The notes beneath the pieces are model-generated. The model did no database searches. It saw only the letters and a list, made by a program, of their open reading frames with translations, and was not told where the DNA came from. From contig BAAFSQ010000151.1 of NCBI GenBank assembly GCA_054661495.1, positions 1 through 23,892 of the forward strand: 23,892 bases of DNA, written 5' to 3'. Shown in pieces: positions 1 through 11,208 of this stretch. The position numbers were made by a program, and so were the translations under genes. Position 1 is the first letter of the stretch; each line of letters begins with the position of its first letter. Source of the stretch: Zygophlyctis sp. KS116. Taxonomy: Eukaryota > Fungi > Chytridiomycota.

Positions 1-125
1 TAGAAAATGACAAATTCACCGGCTCCTTAGGAACTTGTCGTCCAAAGAGTGAATTAGGTCCGCATGGGCCAGAAACGGCTGCTCCTCTTGCAAATGATCC
101 ACTAAGCCTCCTTTGGTACGCTTAA
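1..125 (+). CDS. 3' end of a Cys-rich repeat protein gene (partial; paralog of the gene at 23094-23892)
   Basis: From nt 3 reads ENDKFTGSLGTCRPKSELGPHGPETAAPLANDPLSLLWYA* (TAA 123-125). Nt 1-59 match the reverse complement of 23341-23399 at 58/59. Confidence 0.75.
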   Translation, partial: ENDKFTGSLGTCRPKSELGPHGPETAAPLANDPLSLLWYA

Positions 126-218
126 AAATGAATTAGATTTTACAATAAATCCTCTTACAATCTGATTTATTAGAATATTTTTTAAAAAAAAAGAGAAATT
201 TTGTTCCAAAAACATTAA

Positions 219-1219
219 ATGAGAATTATTGTCAAGGGAATTTCTACAGAGAATTTCAAAGATTGGAATTCTAAATTCTCTTCTTGGAATCTCTCTGATT
301 CCTATTACTCTCCTCAAAAGTCTTTTTTATTCTCAAATGTTGAAAATTACAAAGATTTTATTTCTACTTTTGATGGAATTAAATGGAAGGGAGATACTCT
401 ACTAGTACAAGAATCAATCTTTCCTCCATACATTCCTCCAGTGGTGAATGCTAAAGAAGATTTCAAATTAGAAATTCCAGAGTCTGACAGATTTAAATTT
501 ATTCATGAAAAACTGGAAAAAGATGGTTGGAAGATTGGGAAATTTAATAGGAAAATTGCAGTATTCAAAACTAGAGATCCAAAAACTAGGAAATTTAGAA
601 TAATTAATCCAGAAAATTACAGGAATAATTATTTTCGGTTTTCTGAAAAGGATATTGGATTCAAGTCTGTAAAGGACATTACATGGTCTATCTCTCATTC
701 TTCTCCTTGTGGATCTACTTGTGGATCTAGTGATGAATCTAGTGATGAATCAGAACAAGATCAACCAAAAGATCAAACAGATCAACTAGACCATACAGAT
801 CAAACAGATCAAACAGATCAATTAGAAAAAGTAGAAATTCCAAATTCTGAAAAAAGAGATACTGTTGTGATTAATACAGAATCTCTAAGATCTCTAGTGT
901 TTCCAACTTGTGTATCTGCAAATTTATTTGATTTTGGACAAGATATAGTACAAGAGCCAGTTTTACAAGAAGAAAATGTAAAAGTTTTAAAGAGTTTTTC
1001 TACGACTAGATTGTTTTTTCTTCATTTGGAGTCTAGAAATGATAGATCAGTTTGGGATAAATGCATTTTTAAAAGGTATTTGTATTATAAATTTGAAAAT
1101 TTAGAGAAAATTTAGACTATGAACAAGAATGGAAAGATAAAAGAGAAGAATATACAGTTTTATTTAAAAAGAGACACAAGGATGCAACAAGGAGAAGAAG
1201 TAGATATTTTAATAAATAG
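219..1219 (+). CDS. NOL8: Nucleolar protein 8 (NOL8/Nop8)-like RRM protein, ~323 aa; exons 219-1075, 1105-1219
   Basis: Degenerate N-terminal RRM ending KWKGDTLLVQ, then GWKIGKFNRKIAVF...INPENYRNN. After a 29-nt intron (1076-1104) the C-terminus reads EWKDKREEYTVLFKKRHKDATRR. These three blocks parallel NOL8 motifs as I recall them (KWKGGTLQIQ, WVVSKFGR, RKKHKDAKR). Confidence 0.7.
759..824 (+). repeat. 9-bp coding tandem repeat (GATCAAACA-like; DQT/DQL) in the NOL8-like linker
   Basis: Protein DQPKDQTDQLDHTDQTDQTDQL; the gatcaaaca unit recurs. Confidence 0.8.
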
Positions 1220-1293
1220 AATTAGATTTAATCATTTTAGTAGCGGTACTTTTTTGTACTTGAGTAAATCAGTAAATTAAACCCCAGCGCTCA

Positions 1294-1301
1294 TCGCGAA
1301 T
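1294..1301 (+). promoter_or_regulatory. Possible G1/S element (CGCGAA core, SCB/E2F-like) just upstream of PCNA
   Basis: TCGCGAAT ending 8 nt before the PCNA ATG in otherwise CpG-poor DNA. Confidence 0.35.
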
Positions 1302-1309
1302 TTAAAGAA

Positions 1310-2123
1310 ATGTTGGAAGCCAGACTCAGTAAAGCCTCTCTGTTGAAAAAGATTCTAGATTCAGTAAAAGATTTGATTACTGATGTTAACTTTGACTGTT
1401 CGGATGCTGGTATTGCACTACAAGCCATGGACTCTTCTCATGTTGCACTGGTTGTATTGTTGCTTCGTCAGCAAGGATTTGAACATTATAGATGTGATAG
1501 AAATATGTCTATAGGAATGAATATAACTTCTCTTACAAAAGTTGTTAAAATTGCTGGGCCGGATGATTCTATAACTCTAAAAGCAAATGATAAAGCAGAT
1601 GTACTTAATTTACTCTTTGAATCCCCAAATGAGGATAGAATGTGTGAATTTGAACTTAAACTTATGGATATTGATGCGGAACATTTGGGAATTCCTACAG
1701 CTCCGTATAATGCAGTTATTAAAATGCCTTCTGGTGAATTTGCACGTATTATTCGTGATATTTCAGTGTTATCAGAGTCTGGTAAGTATTTTAACTAATT
1801 TTAAAGTGACTATTGATGTTATCAAGGAAGGAATACGGTTTTCAGCTTCTGGGGATGCAGGAAAAGGTTCAGTAACTATTAAACCTTCTTCAGGATCAAT
1901 TGATGATGAGTCTGACAAGTCTGTCACTATTGAACTTAATTGTCCAGTCTCTATGACTTTTTCAGTCAAATATTTGATGAATTTCACCAAAGCAACAGCA
2001 CTCTCTGAATATGTAATTTTAAGTATGACTGAAGAAGTTCCTGCCTTGGTAGAATATAAAGCTCATGATGCGGGTTACATCAGATTTTATTTAGCTCCAA
2101 AATTAGGAGAAGATGAAGAGTAA
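1310..2123 (+). CDS. PCNA: Proliferating cell nuclear antigen, 262 aa; exons 1310-1781, 1807-2123
   Basis: MLEARL...LQAMDSSHVALV...YRCDRN...LMDIDAEHLGIP...FYLAPKL. The 25-nt intron 1782-1806 (GTAAGT...CTAAT...AAG) joins the two listed ORFs in frame. Confidence 0.98.
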
Positions 2124-2130
2124 AAAAATT

Positions 2131-3465
2131 TCAAGGCATCTCTTGAGATAATTTGATGTATTCTTGAGTCAACTGAGAAGACTTTAACCATTTTGAGACT
2201 GAATCTTGAATTTCTTGAAAGAAATCTGGATATATTCTACTATTTACATTTATAAATTCCCTTAATTCTTGTAGAGTAGATTCATTTTTAGACATTTGTA
2301 GTCTATATTCTTTTGGAATTTCTAAACAGCAACTTGAGAGAATTTTAGATTTTTGAATATTAAATGGTAAAGATTCCATCATAAATCCATTTGGATCTAG
2401 TATAGATATCTTTTTAGAATTCAAGGTATTCCAAGAATCCCAATTATTAATTGATAAATCTAATCCTGAATTTTCCAAATCTTCTCCATGTCCATCCCAA
2501 CAAAAATCAATAGGAGAGAATTCCAAACTTGAACTATTTAAAATTACAGATTTTAAGACTGCATATAAACTAATCTTTAAACTATATGAATTCTGAATCC
2601 ATAACTGTTTACAAACACCTTTTATACTGCATGAAAATCCATAATCTACACTTATAACCGTACTACACGATATATATACACTAGAATTTGAAATATTTGA
2701 AATATAAACAGATTCTACATTTCCTAGAATATATATAGTACAATCTAAACAACTTTAAAATTAGTATAAATAGAAATACCTTGAAATAATTACAGACTTG
2801 CAGTCTTTTAAAACTATTACATTTTTACTTTTCCCTTGAATGATTTGTTTGTCATTATTCTCTTTAGGAAGAGTATCTATAGATTCCATAATTTCCTGAA
2901 TTTCCACAAATCCCAAATCCATTTTAGGAACCAAATCTACATCTAGCACTAATAAATTTAAAATATCCAGTACTAGATCTTTTGATACTTTTAAAAAGTC
3001 TGTATTTTCCAGTTTTAAATATCCAGGATTCTGAATAGTAGAAATACAATACATAAATTCTCTGATTTGAGACTTCCAGAATTCTAGAGTTTTTGTATAT
3101 TTCTCTTGTACTTCTGAGCTGCATTCTATTGTCCCTCTATTCCCTCCAATAGTAGAAGTACCACTAGAGCCACTAGAGACAGTACCAGTACCAGTGGAGC
3201 GTGTATTGTTGTACTGGTACTGCAACTGGTTAAACAGTACAATACACAAGAATAAAATACTGTTTTCTACTAATGCTAGAGTCTCTAAAATCACTTTAGA
3301 CTCTTGCATGTCCATAAACTCTGAAAGAAATTCTATAGTTACAGTGTCTTTGAGACTATAGCCTCTAGAATTTACTAAGCTAGACAGACTTATAAACTGC
3401 TCAAAAGACTGAAAGGATTTTAGAACTGGAATATTCAATAAATAAATGTATTCTACTAGTTGCAT
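2131..3465 (-). CDS. TBCCD1: TBCC domain-containing protein 1-like (C-CAP/cofactor C beta-helix), ~435 aa; exons 3465-2780, 2752-2131
   Basis: 27-nt intron 2779-2753 gives CLDCTIYILGNVESVYISNISNSSVYI...GVCKQLWIQN (cofactor-C repeat pattern). It is followed by FSPIDFCWDG..DLENSGL...NNWD, ILDPNGF...LPF, IPKEY and FQEIQDSVSKWL, paralleling the TBCCD1 C-terminus. Confidence 0.7.
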
Positions 3466-3532
3466 AATAATCCGACTATAAAGACGTCACTTGTACGTCA
3501 TTCTACATAAATAAAACCTGAAATAGACTAGA
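3466..3532. promoter_or_regulatory. 67-bp divergent promoter (TBCCD1-like / MADS) with two CRE-like sites
   Basis: GACGTCAC at 3483-3490 and TACGTCAT at 3494-3501 between head-to-head ATGs. Confidence 0.5.
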
Positions 3533-4363
3533 ATGGGTAGAAAAAAGATCAAGATTCAACCAATCACAGATGAGAGAAATAGACATGTAATTTCCAATTT
3601 CTAAACTTAGGTGACATTTATGAAGAGAAAGAGTGGGCTAATGAAGAAGGCTTTTGAGTTATCAGTGCTTTGTGATGTTGAAATTGGTTTAATCATCTTT
3701 AATAAGAAGGGTGGGTTACATGAATACTCTTCAAATGATATGTCTAAATTACTCTTTAAATATACAGAGACTGAAACTCCTGTAGAATCTAGAAACAATG
3801 ATTCTGTAATTTTTAAAATACCTTAAAATCTAGTTTCTTAATGATGAAGATCACTTGTATAATGATTCAGGTGATGATGAATCACAACCTTTTACTCCAA
3901 TTAAAGGGAAATCAAGAATGCTTCCTTCTCCAGCAGTTACAGATAAGAAATCTGCAGGTCTTTCTTTAAATATTCCTGGAGCAATTTCACCAGAAATGCC
4001 ATTAAAGAAATTAGAGAATATGATGTTGAATCAATTAATTCCTTTAGAGTCCCCAACCGGAATTGTAATTTTTACTTTTAGTAATTCAAAAAGGATAAAG
4101 ATTCAAATTCACCAACGCAATTGACAAATCTACCTTCACCGACGCAATTATTCGGACTTCCAATCATGTGGAATTTTGATGAAAAACAAATGTCTCCTTT
4201 AATGACTTGGAACAAAATGGCATTGTCTTCAGCTCCAAATGTATCAGGAGGTCTAAAAGAGACAACTTCTCCAAATCATTCTGATGATTCTCCTCCGCCA
4301 AAATCTGCAAGACCTCGTGAAGGTACAGTTCATGAAAGTATTGGGAAAAAGCCAAAGGTTTAA
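3533..4363 (+). CDS. MEF2-type MADS-box transcription factor (Rlm1/Smp1-like), ~249 aa; exons 3533-3586, 3611-3805, 3834-4064, 4094-4363
   Basis: Spliced N-terminus [49 protein letters not shown]...[16 protein letters not shown] (MADS + MEF2 domain). Introns of 24, 28 and 29 nt link four frames; SP-rich tail. Confidence 0.95.
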
Positions 4364-5484
4364 TAGAATCTTTCATTTCTAACAGATCTTTTTATTGCAG
4401 TCTGAAAGTCTTTGAGTGCAAGAAGATCTGCTCATGGATGCAAATGTAGCAAACGCCACTGACTTGAATATACGAGATACAAATATTTATAGTAAATAAA
4501 GCAACTCTTTCAAAAAGATCTTGACATTAGCATTGATCGCTGGAGTGGAGTCTCAGGTATAATGTGGTCCTTCACCATTTATCTTTTCTATACAAAATTG
4601 ATCATGTTTATATTTCACATATTTAACAATCTTTTTAAATCAGTGAAATTTACATGTTCTTTAACAACTTAATTTTCTTTTATGTTTACTGATTGACTTG
4701 ATCTATTCTTTTTTTAACCATTATTTCTCATACAACATGACGCCAAATGAGAATATCTTTCTGCCAAAGTTTGTTTCTTCAATTATATTTTTTAGCTATA
4801 AAATGACAAAGACCCGGTTGACAATAAGAATTTGTGATACATTATTTAATCGGTCAGTTATCGATTCAAAAGATCTCTAGCGCCTCTTCACGAGACTTTC
4901 CACCCCCAATTGTTTACTATAAATGGGGCAACTGATGCACTTTACTCTTTCAAAAAAATAAAGCAAATGTTTGACACTAAGATCTTGGCATTGATTCTAC
5001 TACTTCTGTGAATTCACCACTATGGAATAACCCATATTTGTTAAGCTGATCTCTCATCTTTCGACCGTCATAAACCAACAAATTAACAAAAAAATATAAA
5101 ACTCAAAGAAAACAAGAAAAAAACGATAAAACCATTGATAAATAAACAAAAAAAAGTGAACGAATGAAGCACTCTACACCCTTAAAGAAGATACTCTAAA
5201 ATAAAACGGTTTATGATTAGTACTTGCAGAGAGATAAATCATAGTAATTGGAATATTACCTCATCTTCAAAATAAATCTGAGTAAGTATTTGAAGGGGAG
5301 TTATCTTTGTAGTCCTCTGCGTAAGCCTTAAAGTTTGTCTTAATTTCCTGCAGCATGTGAAACATTTCCATGCTGTCCGATAATGCTAAATAAAAATAAT
5401 AAAAAGTATCAGGGAGCGAGTTTTAGTACCGATGACTTGAGATTGTTGTGCTGCCGATAATTTTTTAATCCCGCGACATAAACG

Positions 5485-7545
5485 ATGAATAAGGAAATGT
5501 ATGATAGAATAAGACTAGAGTCACTGACATCATCCCCAATCATAGATTTAGAATTGCATCCACTGATAAACTTGTTAATGGCAGAATCGTTGAGTTGGTT
5601 CTCTGCTTTTTCTAATGATCAAGAATTATTTGTTGAAATTTTAAGATCGTTCTCACTCATTTTATCAAATATTGAAAATAGATGTATTAAGATGGACTGG
5701 GTGTTATTACTAGTCAAGGATGTACCAGAACTCTTGGTTTCACACTTGAATGATTATAAACGCGTGTCGTCAATGACTGTTGTCGGTAAATCAATTTCTC
5801 AAATATTTCATGGTCTACAGCCGCATTATGGGATAGATGATCCTAATGAATATACGCGTAAAGTAAGTGAAATGATGATAAATGGTCTATTGTCGCAAAA
5901 AGAATGTGAATCGGATCTAATCAGATATTTTCTAAGAGAAATATTGTCTCAAGTTGTATTGATTCCATTAATAGAACAGCTATCAGAACCAGATACGTTT
6001 TATGAAATATTTTTGGTATATTTTTAGTATTCTTATAAAAATTAGGCTGGAACATCAAGAGATACAGCTAATACTAGTACTGCTGGAAAACCCAATATAA
6101 TTAAAAAAGAAGAATCTAAAAGTAATATTAAATTAGATCAGAAATGGAATGAACAGCCAGACTATAATTTCAATGAAGATGTTAAAAAATCTTTATTTAC
6201 TGTTAAAAATTCATCAAGCAGGAAACCAATTACTCCAAAAGGAGCTTCAGGCTCAATTATTACGAATTCGATAATGTCTGGGTTTAATAAGTTGACTTCA
6301 AAAGGGATTGATAGAGTTTCTTCAGGGTTTGATAAATTAAGGACTACATTCAAGTCTTCAGTAAAGGAGGATGATATATCTCCAAGAAAACCTAGGAGTA
6401 GATTTGCTTCTCCTAAAAGAAGGCTTTCTAAAGAACCAAGTTCTTCACCAGAAAAAGACAAACTGACTAAAATCTCATTCAAGATGCAAAGAGGGCACAA
6501 AAAGAAGTTGTCGGAAAAACTGGATGATTTTTTATTTTCCCCATCACTGCCAAAGTTTTTCGCACCAAGAGTTGAAAAATCTAGAAAGCCTGTAGATATA
6601 ACTGCAGATGTGGAGTCTGGGAATATTTCTGATTCTGCAATTTTTCAACCTTTGGATAATAATGATTCTAATCATAGGCGAACTGTTTCAGAAGCTGCTA
6701 CAGTTTCAATGGAAAAGGTTACACAGTCTCCAAGTAGTGAAATTTTTGATACTGAATCTGAAGCTAGTATATTAGACGAAAAATTGCCCTTTATAGACGA
6801 AGTTTCTCCATCACATTTTTCTTCTTCTTTTGTATCTACCACATCTCTTTTTGATTCTACACAGCCTCTATTTGAAGAATCACCACAAAAACCAAAGGAA
6901 TCGAATTCACTTTATGATTACTGGAAAATGCTGCTTGTTATTTATTCTGAATCTTCTCTAGGCCCGACAAAGATTGGATTTTTAGATTTATCTCGTTATT
7001 CAGGGGTTCGCTTGGAAGATGGAATAATAAATCTAATCAATGGAGTATTTAGATTTTCAGAAAGAGCTGGTTGGATTTGGACTCAATTTATTTTTTTTCT
7101 CAGACCAATTGCAAATTACATTGCCCGTTCCACTATTAATAGGTATTTTCTGGTTTATAATTTCAAGGAAAATAGTCACTGCGGTCTATCATGTAATAAG
7201 TCCTCCACAGACTGCGGCTTATCTTGCATTGATTCGTGAGATAATTTGGCCGAATGGGATGCGTCCTTCAGTCATATATGAAAAATCTGCAGAGGAAAAA
7301 GCGAGGACTAAAGTTGAAGCAGCTCAAAGAATTTTGAAGATATTTCAAGGTAACTTATGATTCCATCAAATCCGGTAGATGCTTTTGGTACAGTATTAGG
7401 AGCAGAAATGGTCAAAGGCTCGGTTTCTGATATAATCAATTGCTTTTCAGTAAAGGATATAAATAAGCATCTGATATTTTTATTATTGGATCTTTTTGTT
7501 GTTAATTTTCTACCAGAATCAATTATCAGAGAAAAACGGACTTGA
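5485..7545 (+). CDS. PXA and Nexin_C (PXC) domain protein of the Mdm1/Nvj3/SNX13-14 family, ~658 aa; exons 5485-6015, 6046-7142, 7168-7349, 7379-7545
   Basis: N-terminal SWFSAFSNDQEL...ECESDLIRYFLREILSQVVLIPLIEQLSEPD (PXA pattern). C-terminal IIWPNG...SAEEKARTKVEA...VLGAE...INKHLIFLLLDL (Nexin_C pattern). Introns 30, 25 and 29 nt. Confidence 0.8.
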
Positions 7546-7581
7546 TTATAGTTCTGGTATTGAAGTCGTCTATTTGTCAGA

Positions 7582-8358
7582 CTATAACCGATAAAGCCAG
7601 TATGGGAGGCTCACCTGCAGGATAACTAGGAAAGAAAATATGAAAACATCTTTGGAAAATACAGCATAGTAGGAGGAATCATGATTTAGAAATTCTGAAG
7701 GCATAAATATAGAATTTGCAGTTAGAACTATATATCCGGAATGACTGTAAAAATAGCTGTTGCGTCGATTTAGGTAGAATATGGAATTGTAATTGCGTGG
7801 AGATTTGCGCCGCATTGTTCTTTTAATCTTTAAATTCTCTTCTTTTTGATCAGTTTCAAATCTCTCTATAATCATTTGGATTATCTCTAATGGCAATGCT
7901 TTTTTTGGATCTCTTTTTCCAACATTAAGGAGGGCACGAACAAATTCCTTTTCCTTGAATGCATTTTCTCTTTCTAAAAGCCATTCTATAGCCATAGTTT
8001 GTGCCTTTTGAATTTCTAAATGAAAAGGGGGCATATATTTTTTCTTCTTGTAGAGCATTGATATGGTATGGATGATCAATACAATTGGCCAAACAATGAA
8101 CCCTGTCAGGATTGGAATCACTAGTATTCCAGGAAGCAATCCTATCAAAAAACATATGGCAATATTTGGCTTGCTCAACATGATTGATAGAATGCAGTGT
8201 TTCTCTCCTATTCTTTGAAAATGTTCATACAAGCAAAATAATAATGTCAATCCCAATAATCCTACTTGACATGTCAATATCATGATCGAAATTAAGGAAG
8301 TGAATTTCTTTGATGAAATCAATCTGCAAATATGTGAAACCTCAGAGATTTCAGTCAT
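7582..8358 (-). CDS. Uncharacterised multi-pass membrane protein with a central F-box-like motif (paralog A, no intron detected), 258 aa
   Basis: First ATG at 8358 (the track uses TTG 8370). Two to three hydrophobic segments, then ALPLEIIQMIIE, then a C-terminal hydrophobic segment. Clear similarity to the neighbouring gene. Confidence 0.75.
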   Translation of the reverse strand: MTEISEVSHICRLISSKKFTSLISIMILTCQVGLLGLTLLFCLYEHFQRIGEKHCILSIMLSKPNIAICFLIGLLPGILVIPILTGFIVWPIVLIIHTISMLYKKKKYMPPFHLEIQKAQTMAIEWLLERENAFKEKEFVRALLNVGKRDPKKALPLEIIQMIIERFETDQKEENLKIKRTMRRKSPRNYNSIFYLNRRNSYFYSHSGYIVLTANSIFMPSEFLNHDSSYYAVFSKDVFIFSFLVILQVSLPYWLYRL

Positions 8359-8395
8359 AGTATGATCCAATATTCAAGAATGATGTCAAATTGTA

Positions 8396-8403
8396 AACGT
8401 CAT
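8396..8403 (-). promoter_or_regulatory. ATGACGTT (ATF/CREB-type) site upstream of paralog A
   Basis: Nearest base is 38 nt from the ATG; the same 8-mer is 39 nt upstream of paralog B. Confidence 0.5.
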
Positions 8404-8460
8404 CAATCAATGTTAATGTCAAATGGTTGATTTTAATCTACAAAAGCCTCTCATTAAATA

Positions 8461-9354
8461 TCATGGGTTTGATAAATTGCAAAATCTAAAGTATAGCATA
8501 CTGGTATAAAAAAAGAACATTCCTGCCAGTAAAGCAATGTCTCTAGAGAAAACGGCGATCCATGTATTTTCACCGTCAATTAATAAAGGATGTACAAATA
8601 CAAGATATTCGGACATGATGTAACTTAGATTGATTTGAGTGAATTGAGTGAAACCAGTAGAATTGATCAGCCAAGCCTTTTTATCCTAAAATTAAATACT
8701 ATATTATACCATGGGAGTTGTTTTCCTGAACGGCCTGCAGACTTTTTCCTTAATCAATTTTTGCCTTGATCTTAGCGCTTCGGACTCTATATTATTTATG
8801 ATGATCATTAGCAATTCAGTCGGTAGTTTTGTACATATGCAAGATAAAAGTTCAGCTGCTTCCATTTCATTGGTAAATCTTAGTAACGCAATGATCAATG
8901 CAGATTGTAAATGTGATAATTCTAAATGTAATGCCGGGGTATGGGGCCACTTCTTAACGTCTTTGATTGAGAGTAAATGTATACTATTATTTACGATATT
9001 AATAAATTACTTTGAGGCGATCATACATATAGGCCATATACAAAATCCACAGAAGGGTATGATCACTAAATTTCCTGGAATTGAGATTTTTAAGAAGCAG
9101 AATATTGTGCTGGGATATATATCAATCAAGGAAAGGGATCCACAGGAATTGGACATTGTTTGAAGTCTAGTAAAATGCCAATACATGATAATGAATATGA
9201 TCTGTCCAAAGAATAAGAGCTGTATAACTCCTAGCATGAGCGACATGATCGATGTTGTCCGAAAAGACGCAAGAATCTCAATTAATAATCTCTGCGATGG
9301 CCTTAAAAGAGAATATATCAAAGCATTATCAATAGAAAAAGTAGATTTAGCCAT
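8461..9354 (-). CDS. Uncharacterised multi-pass membrane protein with a central F-box-like motif (paralog B), ~280 aa; exons 9354-9011, 8983-8710, 8685-8461
   Basis: Introns 9010-8984 (27 nt) and 8709-8686 (24 nt). Colinear matches to paralog A: IPGNLVIIPFCGFCIWPI / LPGILVIPILTGFIVWPI; PALHLEL / PPFHLEI; LPTELLMIII / LPLEIIQMII; IAVFSRDI / YAVFSKDV. Confidence 0.8.
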
Positions 9355-9392
9355 TTAAAAATATAGCTTGCTTTCCCAGTTCACTCGAAGAC

Positions 9393-9400
9393 AACGTCAT
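9393..9400 (-). promoter_or_regulatory. ATGACGTT (ATF/CREB-type) site upstream of paralog B
   Basis: Lies in the 47-bp gap between the PGM3 stop and the paralog B ATG; position conserved relative to paralog A. Confidence 0.5.
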
Positions 9401-9401
9401 T

Positions 9402-11150
9402 CTATTTGAATCCAGCGGGGCGTGGACCAACTCCACCATAATTGTCAAAAACTAATCCACATATGCGATTAGATAAATCGTCAGTCAGTTCTTTGGTTTC
9501 TGCTTCAGAATATACTCTAACAATATCTTCAGTACCAGAAGGTCTAACAAACGAGCGACCTTTTGAATACTGAGAAACTATAGCATTGATTTTTTCTTGG
9601 AGACCATCAGGCTTCGATAGAGTTGTATCAGCATTTATAGGAACAAAAATCGATCTATTAGAAACCTTAAATATTTATAAATTTGAATATTACCTTGACT
9701 TTTTCTTGCTTAGATGGGAGATCTGAATACGCTGTATCCCATTTCTCAAACGATAAATCATCGTAAATACAAATCGCTTCTACCAAAAGCAAATCAGAAA
9801 TTGCATCTCCAACAGTCTGATTAATCAAGTCGCTTAAAGCACTTAATACTTCAAGTGCTCTTTTTTGTTGTGGTGTTTTACTAAAAATATAAATAATTTG
9901 AATAACTACCTCGCCGAGTTTTTAAATAATGCGACAGCTCTCTTTGAAAATAAGACTGTCCCATGTCCGTTTGCTTCAAAATAAACACCAACATCAAATT
10001 CTCCCGCAGCATGATGCAAATGCTTGACTCCTGTGCAAGTAAAAACCACTGGGATGTTCAAAATATTCTTAACATAATCAGTTGAGCTCCCATTCGCATA
10101 AGCTGTTTGAACTAAACCAACTGTAAGTTCTGTCCCATCTGCAAAAGTAACGGCAGCCTCTTTAACCAATCTCATAATAAAAGCAGCAGCTAAGGTCGCA
10201 ATTTTATCCCCATCCAATAATTTGAATTCATTATTCTTATTCATATAATAGAAAACAACTCTATCTGCATCTCCATCAAATGAAGCACATCGTTGGCCTA
10301 CTTTTAACTCCATTCCTACTGGTGGTTTTTGCCCAATTTTAACATAATCTGCACCACACTATTTCTTAATATGTAAAGAATACTTGATGATTAAGCTTTT
10401 CAGCAATATCAATTTCGGTATTAAAAAGATTAGCCTTGAACCCAGTTGAGTCTAAAAATGGCAAGAGATCCTTTATTCCCAAATAACCCACCCCATTTGC
10501 AGCATCCAAAAACAAGGGAGAAGATTGAACTTTTCCATTCTTAAAAGTTAAATCTATGGTATTACCGTGATAACTCTCCATGCCTTATCCAGCTTTTTAT
10601 AGTAAGATTCACAATCATTACCTCCGAAACTTGAATCATTTGAGCTGGCCACTAAATAATGACATTGTGGTGTAGTTAATACTCCAAAGTCTTGAAAAGT
10701 CCCACCAGCCAGTAATATACCATCTTTGACAGCTTCCAACAATTTAACTCCAGAAGGCCTTGTATCTCTTCCTATCCCAACAGAAGCTTTATTTCCATCA
10801 TTGATATCTTGTTTTTGAACAATATCCGAAATAATAGCCAAAAGTTCGGTTGGCGTTTGCGCATTAGCTAATTGGATTGCATACGATTCCCATTCAGCAA
10901 TCAACATATCGCCATTTGGCTCAACTAATTTTACACCATTATCCGTATGCGGATTATGAGAAGCAGTAATCATGACGCCTACAGTTGAACCATTTAGTTT
11001 TTTAGATCTTAAAACAGCTAGAATTCCAACGCTAAAGAGCACAAAAGGTAGATGCGACCCAATAGTTCTAAATCCTGCTGTACCATATGTAAATGTTGTA
11101 TTTGGAGGTTTTGGGAACTTTGCAAACTTGTCAGAGATATTGTCTTGCAT
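9402..11150 (-). CDS. PCM1: Phosphoacetylglucosamine mutase (PGM3/AGM1/PCM1), ~546 aa; exons 11150-10566, 10539-10384, 10358-9910, 9880-9694, 9665-9402
   Basis: [17 protein letters not shown] (catalytic Ser), [22 protein letters not shown] (metal loop), [39 protein letters not shown]. Introns 26, 25, 29 and 28 nt. Confidence 0.97.
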
Positions 11151-11208
11151 TAAATCGGACTAGGTAATGCGACTTGTTATTCTCTAATTTTAATTGATGA
11201 TGCAATAG

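Noticed and set aside
3533-4363. Mating-type locus, suggested by a transcription factor inside an inverted-repeat-flanked block
   Set aside because: The factor is MEF2-type MADS; no HMG-box, homeodomain, alpha-box, pheromone or receptor gene is in the window.
5267-5371. Short minus-strand ORF MEMFHMLQEIKTNFKAYAEDYKDNSPSNTYSDLF, and the 60-aa + strand ORF at 4698-4880
   Set aside because: Too short, no recognisable motif and no well-supported splice partners.
8711-9163. 150-aa + strand ORF and other antisense ORFs in the track (e.g. 6162-6500, 12133-12456, 16578-16970)
   Set aside because: They lie opposite better-supported genes and show no motifs; treated as shadow ORFs.
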